Below, piece after piece: positions 7,950 to 15,906 of a DNA stretch of 54,450 nt. Within the stretch, counting starts at the first letter, position 1. Every line of letters starts with the position of its first letter. This stretch comes from a virus: IMG/VR virus record IMGVR_UViG_3300048089_000161, one strand, 5' to 3'. A program made the translations under genes and the position numbers. The notes under the pieces are model-generated. The model saw nothing but the letters and a program-made list of their open reading frames with translations. It searched no databases and had not been told where the DNA came from.

Positions 7950-10067
7950 GTGCAGATCGATTGGGAATCGGGGCACGGTCCGTTCACTGCCCCGCTCAGC
8001 GCCGCCGGTTCCGCGCTCGCCGCCTCGTACGCGGCGAACGCGGCCGGCGTCTCCCCCTGGTGGGGTGCCGCGGTGGCGGGCGCCGGACTCGTCGGCTCGC
8101 ACATCGCAGGCCGGCAGTCCGGCGCGAGCCAAGGCAGCCTCGTACTCCGTGCCGCCGCATGGGTCGGCGCGGGAATGTGGTGCTCGTGGGCAATCACCGC
8201 CGGCCCGTGGACGATGAACTGCCTCGAAGCGCTCGGGGCGGGCGCGGTCGGGTTGGGCGCCGCCCTCGCCGGCAACCGCACGGCACGCCGCCGGGCCGCC
8301 GAGCAGCTCGCAGCCGAGGCGGCCGCCGTCGAGTACGCCGACGTACAGCGCAGGCACCGGGCGATCGCCGCAGACTGGGCCGCTCGTTTCTCCCGCGTGA
8401 GCGGCATCGACGGCGTGCAGGTCGTCGGCGTCGAGGTGTGGGACAGCGGCGGCATGACGCTCGAAGGGCGGTTGCCCGAGGGCGGGTACACGTGGCGCGA
8501 CATGCAGCGCTGCGGCGACGGTCTCGCTGGCGATGCGCGGCTGCCGAACGGCTGCTCGGTCGAGATCACCGAGGGCGCCGACCGCGGCTCGTTCCTCGCG
8601 AACGTCGAGACTGAGAATCAGATCGCGAGCGGGCCGACGCCGTACCCCGACGACTACTCGCCGCGATCGATGAACGACGGGCTACAGCTCGGCCGCCACA
8701 AGGACGGCAGCGAGTCGGCGCCGTGCGTCCGGGAGTTGACGGCGATCTTCACCGGCCGGAAGGGGTCGGGCAAGTCGAACCTGATGAACGTGGCGCTCGC
8801 GGGCCAACTCCGCATGATCGACGTACTCGTGTGGGTGATCGACCTCAACGGCGGCTCGCTCGCGCTGCCGTGGCTGCGCGCATGGCACAAAGCCGGGCGC
8901 CCCGGCCGGCCGCCGATCGATTGGGTCGCCGACACCCCCGAGCGCGTGCTCGCCATGGCCGAGGCGCTGCTGCGCATCGCGAAGGCCAGGAAGCCCGGAT
9001 ACGCCGATCTGCAGATCGAGGCGGACGACGACAAGATCCCCGTGAGTCCGACCGTGCCCGGCATCATCGCAAACGCCGACGAGGTTGCCGAGCTGTACTC
9101 GGGCAAGGCACGCAAGGACCCGATCCTGCGCAAGGCGGGCGACGTGCTGCTGCAGGTCGTCGAACTCGCCCGCGCTGTGGCGTGCAACGTCATCGCCTCG
9201 GCGCTGCGGGCGACGCAGGATGTGCTCGAAGAGCCGCAGCTCGTCGCGCAGTCCGGTCTCAAGATCGCCATGAAGAGCGACGAGCGAGAGATCGCGTACC
9301 TGATGGGGTGGGGCGACAGGATCTCGCCGGAAGACATGCCCGTCGCCGGTACCGGCGCGGTCAAGGTTCTCGACGACCCCGCGCGCCCGTTGGTCGTGTA
9401 CCGCATTACGCCGAGCGAGATCGCGAAGATCGTCGTCGCGACGGCCGAGTACCGGCCTGAACTCGACGAGCTGTCGCGGTCGGCGGCCGGAAAGGCGTAC
9501 GAGCAGCGGTGGGAGAACACCGAGCACCTGTTCAACGGCGCCGTACTGCCCGCACCGGCCGTCGTCGCCGTCCTCGACAAGCCCGTCGTCGAACAGTCGG
9601 CACGCGAGGGATGGACCGACCCAACCGCCGATTGGGGCAAGCCTGCCGAGCCGATCCCGACCGGCGACGCCGCGATCGCCGACGCCGACGCCGCGATGCG
9701 TCGCATTCACGAACAGATCGACGACGCGACCGCCCGCGGCGGCGACCCCGACCTCGACGCCGAGGTTCGCGGCATCTTCGAGGCGAGCGGGCTCGGCTAC
9801 ACCCCGCCCGACCTCGGCGCCGCGGTCGAGGACGTACAGCAGCCCGGCGAGGACCCGCGCAAGGCGATCGTGTTCGAGATCGTGCTCAAGTCCGGCCCGA
9901 ACGGCATCGGGCCCGAGGCGATCCGCGACGTGTTCGCCCGCCTGCACCCCGGCGTCGAAGTACCGCACGCCGCCACGATCGGCCGATGGCTCGGCCCCGA
10001 CCCTCGCGTGCACAAACCCTCTTACGGCCGCTACGCCGTACGACCCGAGAACGGAGTACAGCCGTGA
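7950..10067 (+). CDS. traB: TraB-like FtsK/SpoIIIE-family dsDNA translocase (conjugative transfer ATPase)
   Basis: The GTG at 7950 is the first start after the stop of the upstream gene. N-terminal TM helices are present. Walker A 'TGRKGSGKS' and a Walker-B-like 'VLVWVIDLNGG' are present. The C-terminus 'IVFEIVLKSGPNGIGPEAIRDVFARL...IGRWL' is winged-helix-like. The ORF-track N-terminal extension (7368..) overlaps the spd-like gene and is Arg-rich noise. Confidence 0.8.
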   Translation: MQIDWESGHGPFTAPLSAAGSALAASYAANAAGVSPWWGAAVAGAGLVGSHIAGRQSGASQGSLVLRAAAWVGAGMWCSWAITAGPWTMNCLEALGAGAVGLGAALAGNRTARRRAAEQLAAEAAAVEYADVQRRHRAIAADWAARFSRVSGIDGVQVVGVEVWDSGGMTLEGRLPEGGYTWRDMQRCGDGLAGDARLPNGCSVEITEGADRGSFLANVETENQIASGPTPYPDDYSPRSMNDGLQLGRHKDGSESAPCVRELTAIFTGRKGSGKSNLMNVALAGQLRMIDVLVWVIDLNGGSLALPWLRAWHKAGRPGRPPIDWVADTPERVLAMAEALLRIAKARKPGYADLQIEADDDKIPVSPTVPGIIANADEVAELYSGKARKDPILRKAGDVLLQVVELARAVACNVIASALRATQDVLEEPQLVAQSGLKIAMKSDEREIAYLMGWGDRISPEDMPVAGTGAVKVLDDPARPLVVYRITPSEIAKIVVATAEYRPELDELSRSAAGKAYEQRWENTEHLFNGAVLPAPAVVAVLDKPVVEQSAREGWTDPTADWGKPAEPIPTGDAAIADADAAMRRIHEQIDDATARGGDPDLDAEVRGIFEASGLGYTPPDLGAAVEDVQQPGEDPRKAIVFEIVLKSGPNGIGPEAIRDVFARLHPGVEVPHAATIGRWLGPDPRVHKPSYGRYAVRPENGVQP

Positions 10068-10384
10068 CCAGCACGGAACTTGTGCACGTCCCCCGCGCCG
10101 TCCGCCGACGCCGCTCGAACGCTCGCCGGTACATCGCCGGCGCGATCCTCGGAGTCTCCGACGTGATCCGGGGCGCCGCTCTGCTGGCGATCGGCGTCCT
10201 GTGCGCCGCGAGTGTCGACCCGCACAGCGCATGGAACCCGCACGCCCCCGCACAGGCGATAGCCGTGATCGTGCTCGCGCTGCTCGGCGTCGAGCGGATC
10301 GGGCTCGCCGTGCGCGAGCTGAGCGAGGCGATCGCACACCCCATGCCGCACACCCCGCGCCGCCCGCAGCACCCCGCGCACTGA
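10064..10384 (+). CDS. Small membrane protein (Spd-like), 106 aa
   Basis: GTGA overlap with the traB stop. It has two hydrophobic segments (IAGAILGVS..AALLAIGVLCAA; AIAVIVLALLGV). Confidence 0.6.
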   Translation: MTSTELVHVPRAVRRRRSNARRYIAGAILGVSDVIRGAALLAIGVLCAASVDPHSAWNPHAPAQAIAVIVLALLGVERIGLAVRELSEAIAHPMPHTPRRPQHPAH

Positions 10385-10406
10385 CCGCTCGCCGAAGGAC
10401 TGCCGC

Positions 10407-10883
10407 ATGTTCCCCGAGCCGTACACCAGACCGCAGACCGACGCGAGCCTCGTACCGCGCGTCGTCTCGGTCTCACAGATCACCCCTGCCGCCGAGCAGC
10501 ACCTCGCGCCCGCCCCGCCGCCCGGCATGCGGGTGATCGGGTACGTGCGGATCGACGGCATGCTGCACCCGCAGTACGGGCCCGAGTACGTACCGGCCGT
10601 GCCCATGGCGCCAGCCGCGCCGTCCGGGATCGACCCGCAGGCCCAACGCACCGCCGCGAAGGGCGTGTTCGCCGCCGGGGCGGGCGTCGGCGCGTACTTC
10701 GGCATGCAGGCGCTGCAGATCTTCGTCGACAGCCTCGTGCAGTTCCTCGCGGCCGCCGCGGTGTGCGGGCTCGTGTGGGCGCGGCCGACCGGCCGCCGGG
10801 CGGTGCGCAAGGGACCGACGTACATCAACAACAACAGCGGGTTCCTGGCAGGCTGGAAGTCACAGAACGGCCCGCGCAAGTAG
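10407..10883 (+). CDS. Membrane protein (Spd-like), 158 aa
   Basis: ATG with a gaagga RBS. It has a Pro-rich N-terminus and C-terminal TM helices (GVFAAGAGVGAYFGMQAL...FLAAAAVCGLVW). Confidence 0.65.
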   Translation: MFPEPYTRPQTDASLVPRVVSVSQITPAAEQHLAPAPPPGMRVIGYVRIDGMLHPQYGPEYVPAVPMAPAAPSGIDPQAQRTAAKGVFAAGAGVGAYFGMQALQIFVDSLVQFLAAAAVCGLVWARPTGRRAVRKGPTYINNNSGFLAGWKSQNGPRK

Positions 10884-10895
10884 CACGGAGGAACC

Positions 10896-11072
10896 ATGCC
10901 GAAGAAGATCGAACACGCGCCCGCGGGCAAGTTCATGACCCTCGACGAGATCGCGGCGTTCGTCGCCGACGCGTTCGCCGCAGGCGCCAACGGTGCCGAC
11001 GTCCCCACAGGCCGGCTGTCCTTTGGCGGAAAGCTGCAGCAGCTCGTCGTGAGCGTCGCCGACACCGAGTAG
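10896..11072 (+). CDS. Hypothetical small protein (58 aa)
   Basis: acggagga RBS and ATG at 10896; begins MPKKIEHAPAGKFMTLDEIAAFVADAF. It is the last gene before the operon terminator. Confidence 0.5.
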   Translation: MPKKIEHAPAGKFMTLDEIAAFVADAFAAGANGADVPTGRLSFGGKLQQLVVSVADTE

Positions 11073-11092
11073 CGCCTCGGCCCACCACACCC

Positions 11093-11126
11093 GCGCCCCG
11101 TACCGCACACTCGCGGCACGGGGCGC
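11093..11126 (+). terminator. GC-rich hairpin terminator at the end of the transfer operon
   Basis: gcgccccgt (11093-11101) pairs with acggggcgc (11118-11126), with an inner ccgc/gcgg pairing. Confidence 0.6.
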
Positions 11127-11195
11127 AGTCACGTCACGCGATAGCAGTTGGCTCATTTCGCGTACGCCCTGGTGTGCTGTAGGTCACCATGAATC

Positions 11196-11693
11196 GTGTC
11201 TGTGCTGACGATCGTCAACCTAGCCATTCTGGCCGCTTCGATCGGCCTCCCTATCGCTTTGTATACGCGCCACGTACGAAACCAGCCATGGGGGCCATCC
11301 CGGCGGGTGGTAGAGGGCTACATGGACAACATCCACGAGTCCCCGACACCGGCATCCGCCGGCAGTCAGGTGTGGATGCTGACAAGTGAACGCCTTTTTT
11401 CCTACGGGCTGTACCTCGTTGTCCTCGGCTGTGTGCTGGTCGTATGCCTCGGCACGTACGACCTGACCCACAGTTGGGATCAACACGGCCACCTGACGCC
11501 CCCGGACGCCCCCCAAGCGGTGACTGTCTTCCTGGCCATCCTGGCGGGCGTGACTGCAGCCCTGACAAGGCTTGCTGCCGCATACACAAAGATCATTCGC
11601 GCGCGCGGCGAAGTCGACAACGACCGCATCCGAGCGATGGCCGAAGTCGAACGGGCACGCGCAGCAAGAGAGCTGCCCAAGAAACGGCGATGA
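11196..11693 (+). CDS. Integral membrane protein, unknown function (accessory/moron candidate)
   Basis: 165-aa ORF with a GTG start in a visibly lower-GC segment. It has three or more TM helices (LTIVNLAILAASIGLPIALY; LFSYGLYLVVLGCVLVVCLG; VTVFLAILAGVTAALTRLAAA) and a basic tail. Confidence 0.6.
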   Translation: MSVLTIVNLAILAASIGLPIALYTRHVRNQPWGPSRRVVEGYMDNIHESPTPASAGSQVWMLTSERLFSYGLYLVVLGCVLVVCLGTYDLTHSWDQHGHLTPPDAPQAVTVFLAILAGVTAALTRLAAAYTKIIRARGEVDNDRIRAMAEVERARAARELPKKRR

Positions 11694-11801
11694 TTCATGA
11701 ATCGCATGCGGTTCCTCAACGATTCGCGCGCGAAAGATCGACGAATGATCACTACATCTATCGTCGATAAAAATACGTCCTAGCAGGTCAACACGATCTG
11801 T

Positions 11802-11925
11802 CCCTAGGGGACTCCCTAGGGACTCGCGTGCGCGCGTTCCCCTCCCCTCCCATATATGGGGGGGTGAAGGTAGAGAGATCGTCTACAGGTAGTAGCGGGC
11901 GAGCGCACGAACCCATCTCACTCTC
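11802..11925 (+). repeat. Copy B of the ~125-bp imperfect duplication, in a ~550-bp non-coding, lower-GC region. It is preceded by tandem CCCTAGGG(G)ACT units.
   Basis: ccctaggggactccctagggactcgcgtgcgcgcgttcccctcccctcccatatatgggggggtgaaggtagagag..caggtagtagcgggcgagcgcac. Confidence 0.8.
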
Positions 11926-12247
11926 AACACGCCGCCCTCGCTTGACTCCGGACGATCACCTGTCGCATTCTTGGCGGCAAGTCAGCCATGCCCTGACACA
12001 GAAGCCACCCGACGCCCCGCCTACCGCGGGGCGTTCGTCATTCCCCCAACAGTCGGCCGGGCACCCCACCCTCGACCGGCACGGCGCCGCCTCAACTCCC
12101 CCGAGGCGGCGCCACCCCCACTCGCGCGGGGCGGAGACAGATACGAACCATGGCGGGTTTGCTGCCCGCCCCGCGCGCTACATGCTGGCCACATCCCCCG
12201 CAACACAGGCACCATGGACCCTCGTTCAGAACTACGAGGGGGGACCC

Positions 12248-12619
12248 GTGTTCGGCAGTAAGAAGAACGACCAGGAAAAAGCCGCAGCGCGCCGCCAACG
12301 GCAGATCACCCAAGCCGCGGCGTCCGCCGGCATCACGGTCATGGGGGGAAAGTTCCGCGCTCCGAATCAGGACCCGATACCGATCGACGGCGCCCGCATG
12401 ACCATCGAGCGAGGCGAGGATGCCGGCAAGCGGGTCACCGCGACCCGAGTCCTACTGACCGGAGTGTTCGCGCTGCTGCTGAAGAAAGATCAGACGCAGT
12501 TGTTCATCACCGTCGAGAACGGCGAGCAAGTGATGATGATCCCGGTACCGGCAAAGAAGGAAGCTGCCGCGCGCGTCCTCGCGACCATGGTCAACAGCGA
12601 GGCAACCGGCGTCAGTTGA
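12248..12619 (+). CDS. Hypothetical protein (123 aa)
   Basis: The GTG at 12248 follows a gagggggg RBS. Only this 3' third of ORF 11828..12619 has genic composition (VFGSKKNDQEKAAARRQ...LFITVENGEQVMMIPVPAKKEAAARV). Confidence 0.55.
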   Translation: MFGSKKNDQEKAAARRQRQITQAAASAGITVMGGKFRAPNQDPIPIDGARMTIERGEDAGKRVTATRVLLTGVFALLLKKDQTQLFITVENGEQVMMIPVPAKKEAAARVLATMVNSEATGVS

Positions 12620-12645
12620 TCCCGCCTCGGAAAGGACCCCGTCCC

Positions 12646-12891
12646 ATGCGCGTACACCTGTCGGACGGGGTCCGCGAGGTCGAGATCACAGCCAAGGGGT
12701 ACAGCCGCAAGCAGCTCGACGACGTCGAGAACTCAGCGCTCCGCATCCTCGACGCCCTGCGCAGCGACCAACCGACCGAGCGAGGCAAGACGTTCGGGTT
12801 CGTGCCCGACGTCACCCTCGACAGCAGCGCCGAGCGCGCCGAGCCGTACGTCGACGGCCGCGACCAGGACGACGAGGACGACGACGCATGA
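12646..12891 (+). CDS. Hypothetical acidic protein (81 aa)
   Basis: The ATG at 12646 follows a ggaaagga RBS; begins MRVHLSDGVREVEITAKGYSRKQLDD. Confidence 0.6.
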   Translation: MRVHLSDGVREVEITAKGYSRKQLDDVENSALRILDALRSDQPTERGKTFGFVPDVTLDSSAERAEPYVDGRDQDDEDDDA

Positions 12892-13190
12892 GCGGCGGGT
12901 GGGTCGGCAGCACCCGGCGGGCCGAGCTGCCGCCCGACTGGTACACCGCGATCCGGCCGGCCGTGCTGCAGCGCGACGCGTACCGGTGTCGCAACCGGAT
13001 CGACGGCCGCCCGTGCGCACGCCCGGCGAACCAGGTCGACCACGTCGGCGACAAGGACGATCACCGGATCGAGATGCTGCAGGCGCTGTGCGAGGACTGT
13101 CACGCGAAGAAGAGCAGCGCGCAGGGCAACGCGGCACGGTGGGCCGTACGCATGACCCGCCCCCCGGAGCGACACCCCGGCCTGATCTGA
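12888..13190 (+). CDS. HNH endonuclease
   Basis: ATGA overlap. 'RDAYRCRN...VDHVGDKDDHRIEMLQALCEDCHAKKS' is the classic phage HNH (H-N-H/Cys-box) pattern. Confidence 0.85.
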   Translation: MSGGWVGSTRRAELPPDWYTAIRPAVLQRDAYRCRNRIDGRPCARPANQVDHVGDKDDHRIEMLQALCEDCHAKKSSAQGNAARWAVRMTRPPERHPGLI

Positions 13191-13279
13191 CCCCCCGCCC
13201 CGTATGGCGTACCCCCGGTCGCTGCGTACCCTCCCCCACGCTTCCGTGGGGAGACGGGCACGACGGCGGGAGCAAGCAC

Positions 13280-13837
13280 GTGAACAGCTTCTACGAGGAC
13301 GCAACGGCGCAAGGGTGGCTCACTCAGGCGTTCGGCGTACTGACCATGGATGACCTGTGGACTCGGCAACTCGAAACAGAACACATGTCACCCGACGAGA
13401 TGCGCGAGACAGCCGACTTCGGGGAAGCGCTAGTCGATGCCTGGCTACGGCTCACCGATGGCGGAGCCTTGAAGCCGATCGAGCAGTACATGCGCGTGTA
13501 CTCGTACCGAGCAGTCGAGACAGCTCGGCAGGTAGGTGCGACGTACATGCCGAGCGATCCAGTGGACATGCAAAAGGCTGCCGTCAAGGCATTCTCGACG
13601 CTGGTCAGCGCGAGAGAGCGCGAGGCCGGACAACTTCGATCAAAGATCGAGTCACTTCGGTCCGCCACATGGACTCCTGGCGATCTGTCACCCACTTCCC
13701 GCTGCCTGATCATCTTTGGATGCGCGGTCACCGCCTTCGCCCTGGGACAGCCGCTGATCGGTGGCCTTTTCGGCACTTGGTTCACAACGGCGGGTTGCCC
13801 AAAGTTGACCATCGGCATCATCGAAGGTGGGGGGTGA
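13280..13837 (+). CDS. Hypothetical protein with a C-terminal TM segment (185 aa)
   Basis: GTG at 13280, with a downstream ATG near MDDLW as an alternative start. It lies in a lower-GC segment. The C-terminus is 'CLIIFGCAVTAFALGQPLIGGLFGTWF'. Confidence 0.5.
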   Translation: MNSFYEDATAQGWLTQAFGVLTMDDLWTRQLETEHMSPDEMRETADFGEALVDAWLRLTDGGALKPIEQYMRVYSYRAVETARQVGATYMPSDPVDMQKAAVKAFSTLVSAREREAGQLRSKIESLRSATWTPGDLSPTSRCLIIFGCAVTAFALGQPLIGGLFGTWFTTAGCPKLTIGIIEGGG

Positions 13838-14083
13838 CTCCCCTCCCCGCCCTGCTTGGCGCTCGGGAGGTGCTGCGGGCCTGGTTCTGTACGGGTCTGG
13901 GAAAAACGGCCACGCTGCGGGGCGTGGGCGGTCCGCTGGCGGGCGGGCAGGGATGCGGCAGGCTGATTTGATGGCGCGCGGTTGAGGGGCCGCACATCGC
14001 CTCTCAGCCTGCCGCACTCCCGATACGAACCTGATGCATGCAGGTCAGAGCGCTAAAAGCGTACGCCGGGATATCATGGACCC

Positions 14084-14689
14084 ATGACGACGAGGCGCCC
14101 CTGCGAGCACTGCGACGAGCCGATGCCGATCACGGCTCGGCGGCACGCGCGGTTCTGTCGGCCGGCGTGCCGAGCTGCTGCTCATCGAGCGGCACGAGAG
14201 ATCCCGGCCGAGCTAACGAGCCGGCCGCGATGGGTCCGGCGCACCTCGCGGAAGGTTCCGGTCGCGGTCGACGGCTCGGTCGCGAGCAGCACCGACCCGG
14301 CGTCCTGGTCGCGTTACCGCGACGCCGCCCGCTCGGCTGCGGGCGTCGGGCTCGGGTTCGTCCTCGACGGCGACGGCGTCGTCTGCCTCGACCTCGATCA
14401 CTGCCTCAACGACGAGGGCACGGTCGCGGGTTGGGCGCGCAACGTCCTCGACACGGTCGACGGCTCGACGTGGGTCGAGGTGTCGCAGGGCGGCGACGGG
14501 CTGCACGTGTGGGGGCACGGCCGACTGCCGGGCAACGCGGGGCGCCGGCTACGGCTCGGCGAGGGCACGGTCGAGGTGTACGCGACCGGGCGGTACATCG
14601 CAGTCACGGGGCGGACGTTCGGCGGCACCCCGCAGCGCCTCGCCAATCTGCAGCACGTGATCGAGTGGCTGCAATCTGCCCGCGAGTAG
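14084..14689 (+). CDS. Small stand-alone archaeo-eukaryotic-primase (AEP/Prim-Pol) domain protein with an N-terminal zinc finger
   Basis: N-terminus 'CEHCDEPMP...FCRPACRAAAHR'. AEP motifs are present: 'VCLDLDHC' (DxD), 'VEVSQGGDGLHVWG' (sGxGxH) and 'VEVYATGRYIAVTG'. Confidence 0.6.
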   Translation: MTTRRPCEHCDEPMPITARRHARFCRPACRAAAHRAAREIPAELTSRPRWVRRTSRKVPVAVDGSVASSTDPASWSRYRDAARSAAGVGLGFVLDGDGVVCLDLDHCLNDEGTVAGWARNVLDTVDGSTWVEVSQGGDGLHVWGHGRLPGNAGRRLRLGEGTVEVYATGRYIAVTGRTFGGTPQRLANLQHVIEWLQSARE

Positions 14690-14714
14690 ACATGGATCTT
14701 TAGCTGCCCTGGAT

Positions 14715-15179
14715 CTAGGCGGTCTTATCACACACCATTCGGCAGCTATATGAGCAGTAGGTTCGCCCATATAGGCGGAAGCACCAAGGCCGCCCACACT
14801 CCAGATGACATGGGGCCCACGATCCAGAGCCGCCGCTACCACCTGCTGACCCCGCAGCAAAAAGCGCCGGAAGCATGTTCATCGATGACTCCGAGAATTC
14901 TGCTTGGTTCGCAGAGGCACGCTGCGAGGAACATCCACAGCCGGATGATGGAGCGCTATCGTCGAGCATTGATCCACAGTGCTTGCATTTCAGCGCCTCA
15001 GCATGGATTCGCTCCTTACACAAGGGACAGATACCCCCATGGGCCGGTAGCACCGCAGAAACACTTGATCCGCAATGCTTACACTTCGTTGCCCCCTTCC
15101 GAATTTCCTCCTTACAGAATGGACATTCCACCTGCGAGGAGTCGTCGCTTTCTGTGTTCTCTGCAGAATCATCCATCAT
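14715..15179 (-). CDS. Cys-rich protein with a tandem double zinc-ribbon N-terminus and a novel 7-Cys C-terminal tail
   Basis: 154-aa reverse-strand ORF in a markedly AT-richer island. 'CPFCKEEIRKGATKCKHCGS' and 'CPLCKERIHAEALKCKHCGS' repeats are followed by a Gly/Ser linker and 'WAPCHLECGRPWCFRLYGRTYCSYSCRMVCDKTA'. Confidence 0.6.
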   Translation of the reverse strand: MMDDSAENTESDDSSQVECPFCKEEIRKGATKCKHCGSSVSAVLPAHGGICPLCKERIHAEALKCKHCGSMLDDSAPSSGCGCSSQRASANQAEFSESSMNMLPALFAAGSAGGSGGSGSWAPCHLECGRPWCFRLYGRTYCSYSCRMVCDKTA

Positions 15180-15411
15180 TCCCCCAGTTTCCGAGCGTCG
15201 CCCTCGTCGGACTATCTCGCACAGGTTGGCATCCGTCCACAGTCAGCGCGAAGGCTTCAGTCAATCCGCTCTGCTGCCACTCCTTTAGCGTCCAAGGACC
15301 TCACTGGGCGGGACTGGCCACGTCCTCCCCTTTAACACTCGTAGCCATCAGAAAAGCGTCCTGAAACCAACCAGCAGTCTCGTATCGGCGGGGCGGAATG
15401 GAGGCACAGCC

Positions 15412-15894
15412 GTGGCAGGCAACGGACCGCCCCCGAAAGGGCGCAAGGTACGGCGCAACGCTGACTCAGTGCCGCAGACTGTGCTCCGGTGGGAGCACGC
15501 CGAGGCGCCCGAGCTGCCCGACTTCCGGATCGAGCGCGACGGCGACCTCGTCGAGTTCGTGTGGCCCGAGCGCACCCGCGAGTGGTGGCAGATGTGGATC
15601 GACTCGCCGCAGGCCGATCACTTCGGGTCGTCCGACTGGCAGTACCTACTCGACACCGCCCTGATTCACGCCCGGCTGTGGCGCGGCGATCTGACGGCCG
15701 CGGGCGAACTGCGGCTGCGCGTCGCGGCGTTCGGGGCGACGCCCGCGGACCGGGCCCGGCTGCGCATGGTGTTCGCCGAGGCGGACGGCGCCGACCAGGG
15801 GCGCGGCAGCTCGGGCGTGCCGCCGGCTCGCGAGCTGTACGGGAACCTGCGGCCGATCAACGGCGGGAAGTCCGCCGAGGGCGGCAGCGCGTAG
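15412..15894 (+). CDS. terS: Terminase small subunit
   Basis: GTG start with a ggaatggagg RBS. The N-terminus 'MAGNGPPPKGRKVRRN' is typical of actinophage small terminases. It lies directly upstream of terL. Confidence 0.8.
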   Translation: MAGNGPPPKGRKVRRNADSVPQTVLRWEHAEAPELPDFRIERDGDLVEFVWPERTREWWQMWIDSPQADHFGSSDWQYLLDTALIHARLWRGDLTAAGELRLRVAAFGATPADRARLRMVFAEADGADQGRGSSGVPPARELYGNLRPINGGKSAEGGSA

Positions 15895-15906
15895 CAAGGG
15901 GGCGTC

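Noticed and set aside
11828-12247. The N-terminal two-thirds of ORF 11828..12619 ('MRAFPSPPIYGGVKVERSS...') as coding sequence.
   Set aside because: The composition is non-genic (Pro/Arg/Ser/His-rich with no codon-position GC bias). The resemblance to CDS 60..983 comes from the DNA-level duplication. A GTG with a good RBS at 12248 starts the genic part.
13234-13251. Hairpin (ccccacg-cttc-cgtgggg) after the HNH gene, considered as a terminator.
   Set aside because: The stem is only 7 bp with a bulge beyond it and no T-tract. That is too weak to call from sequence alone.
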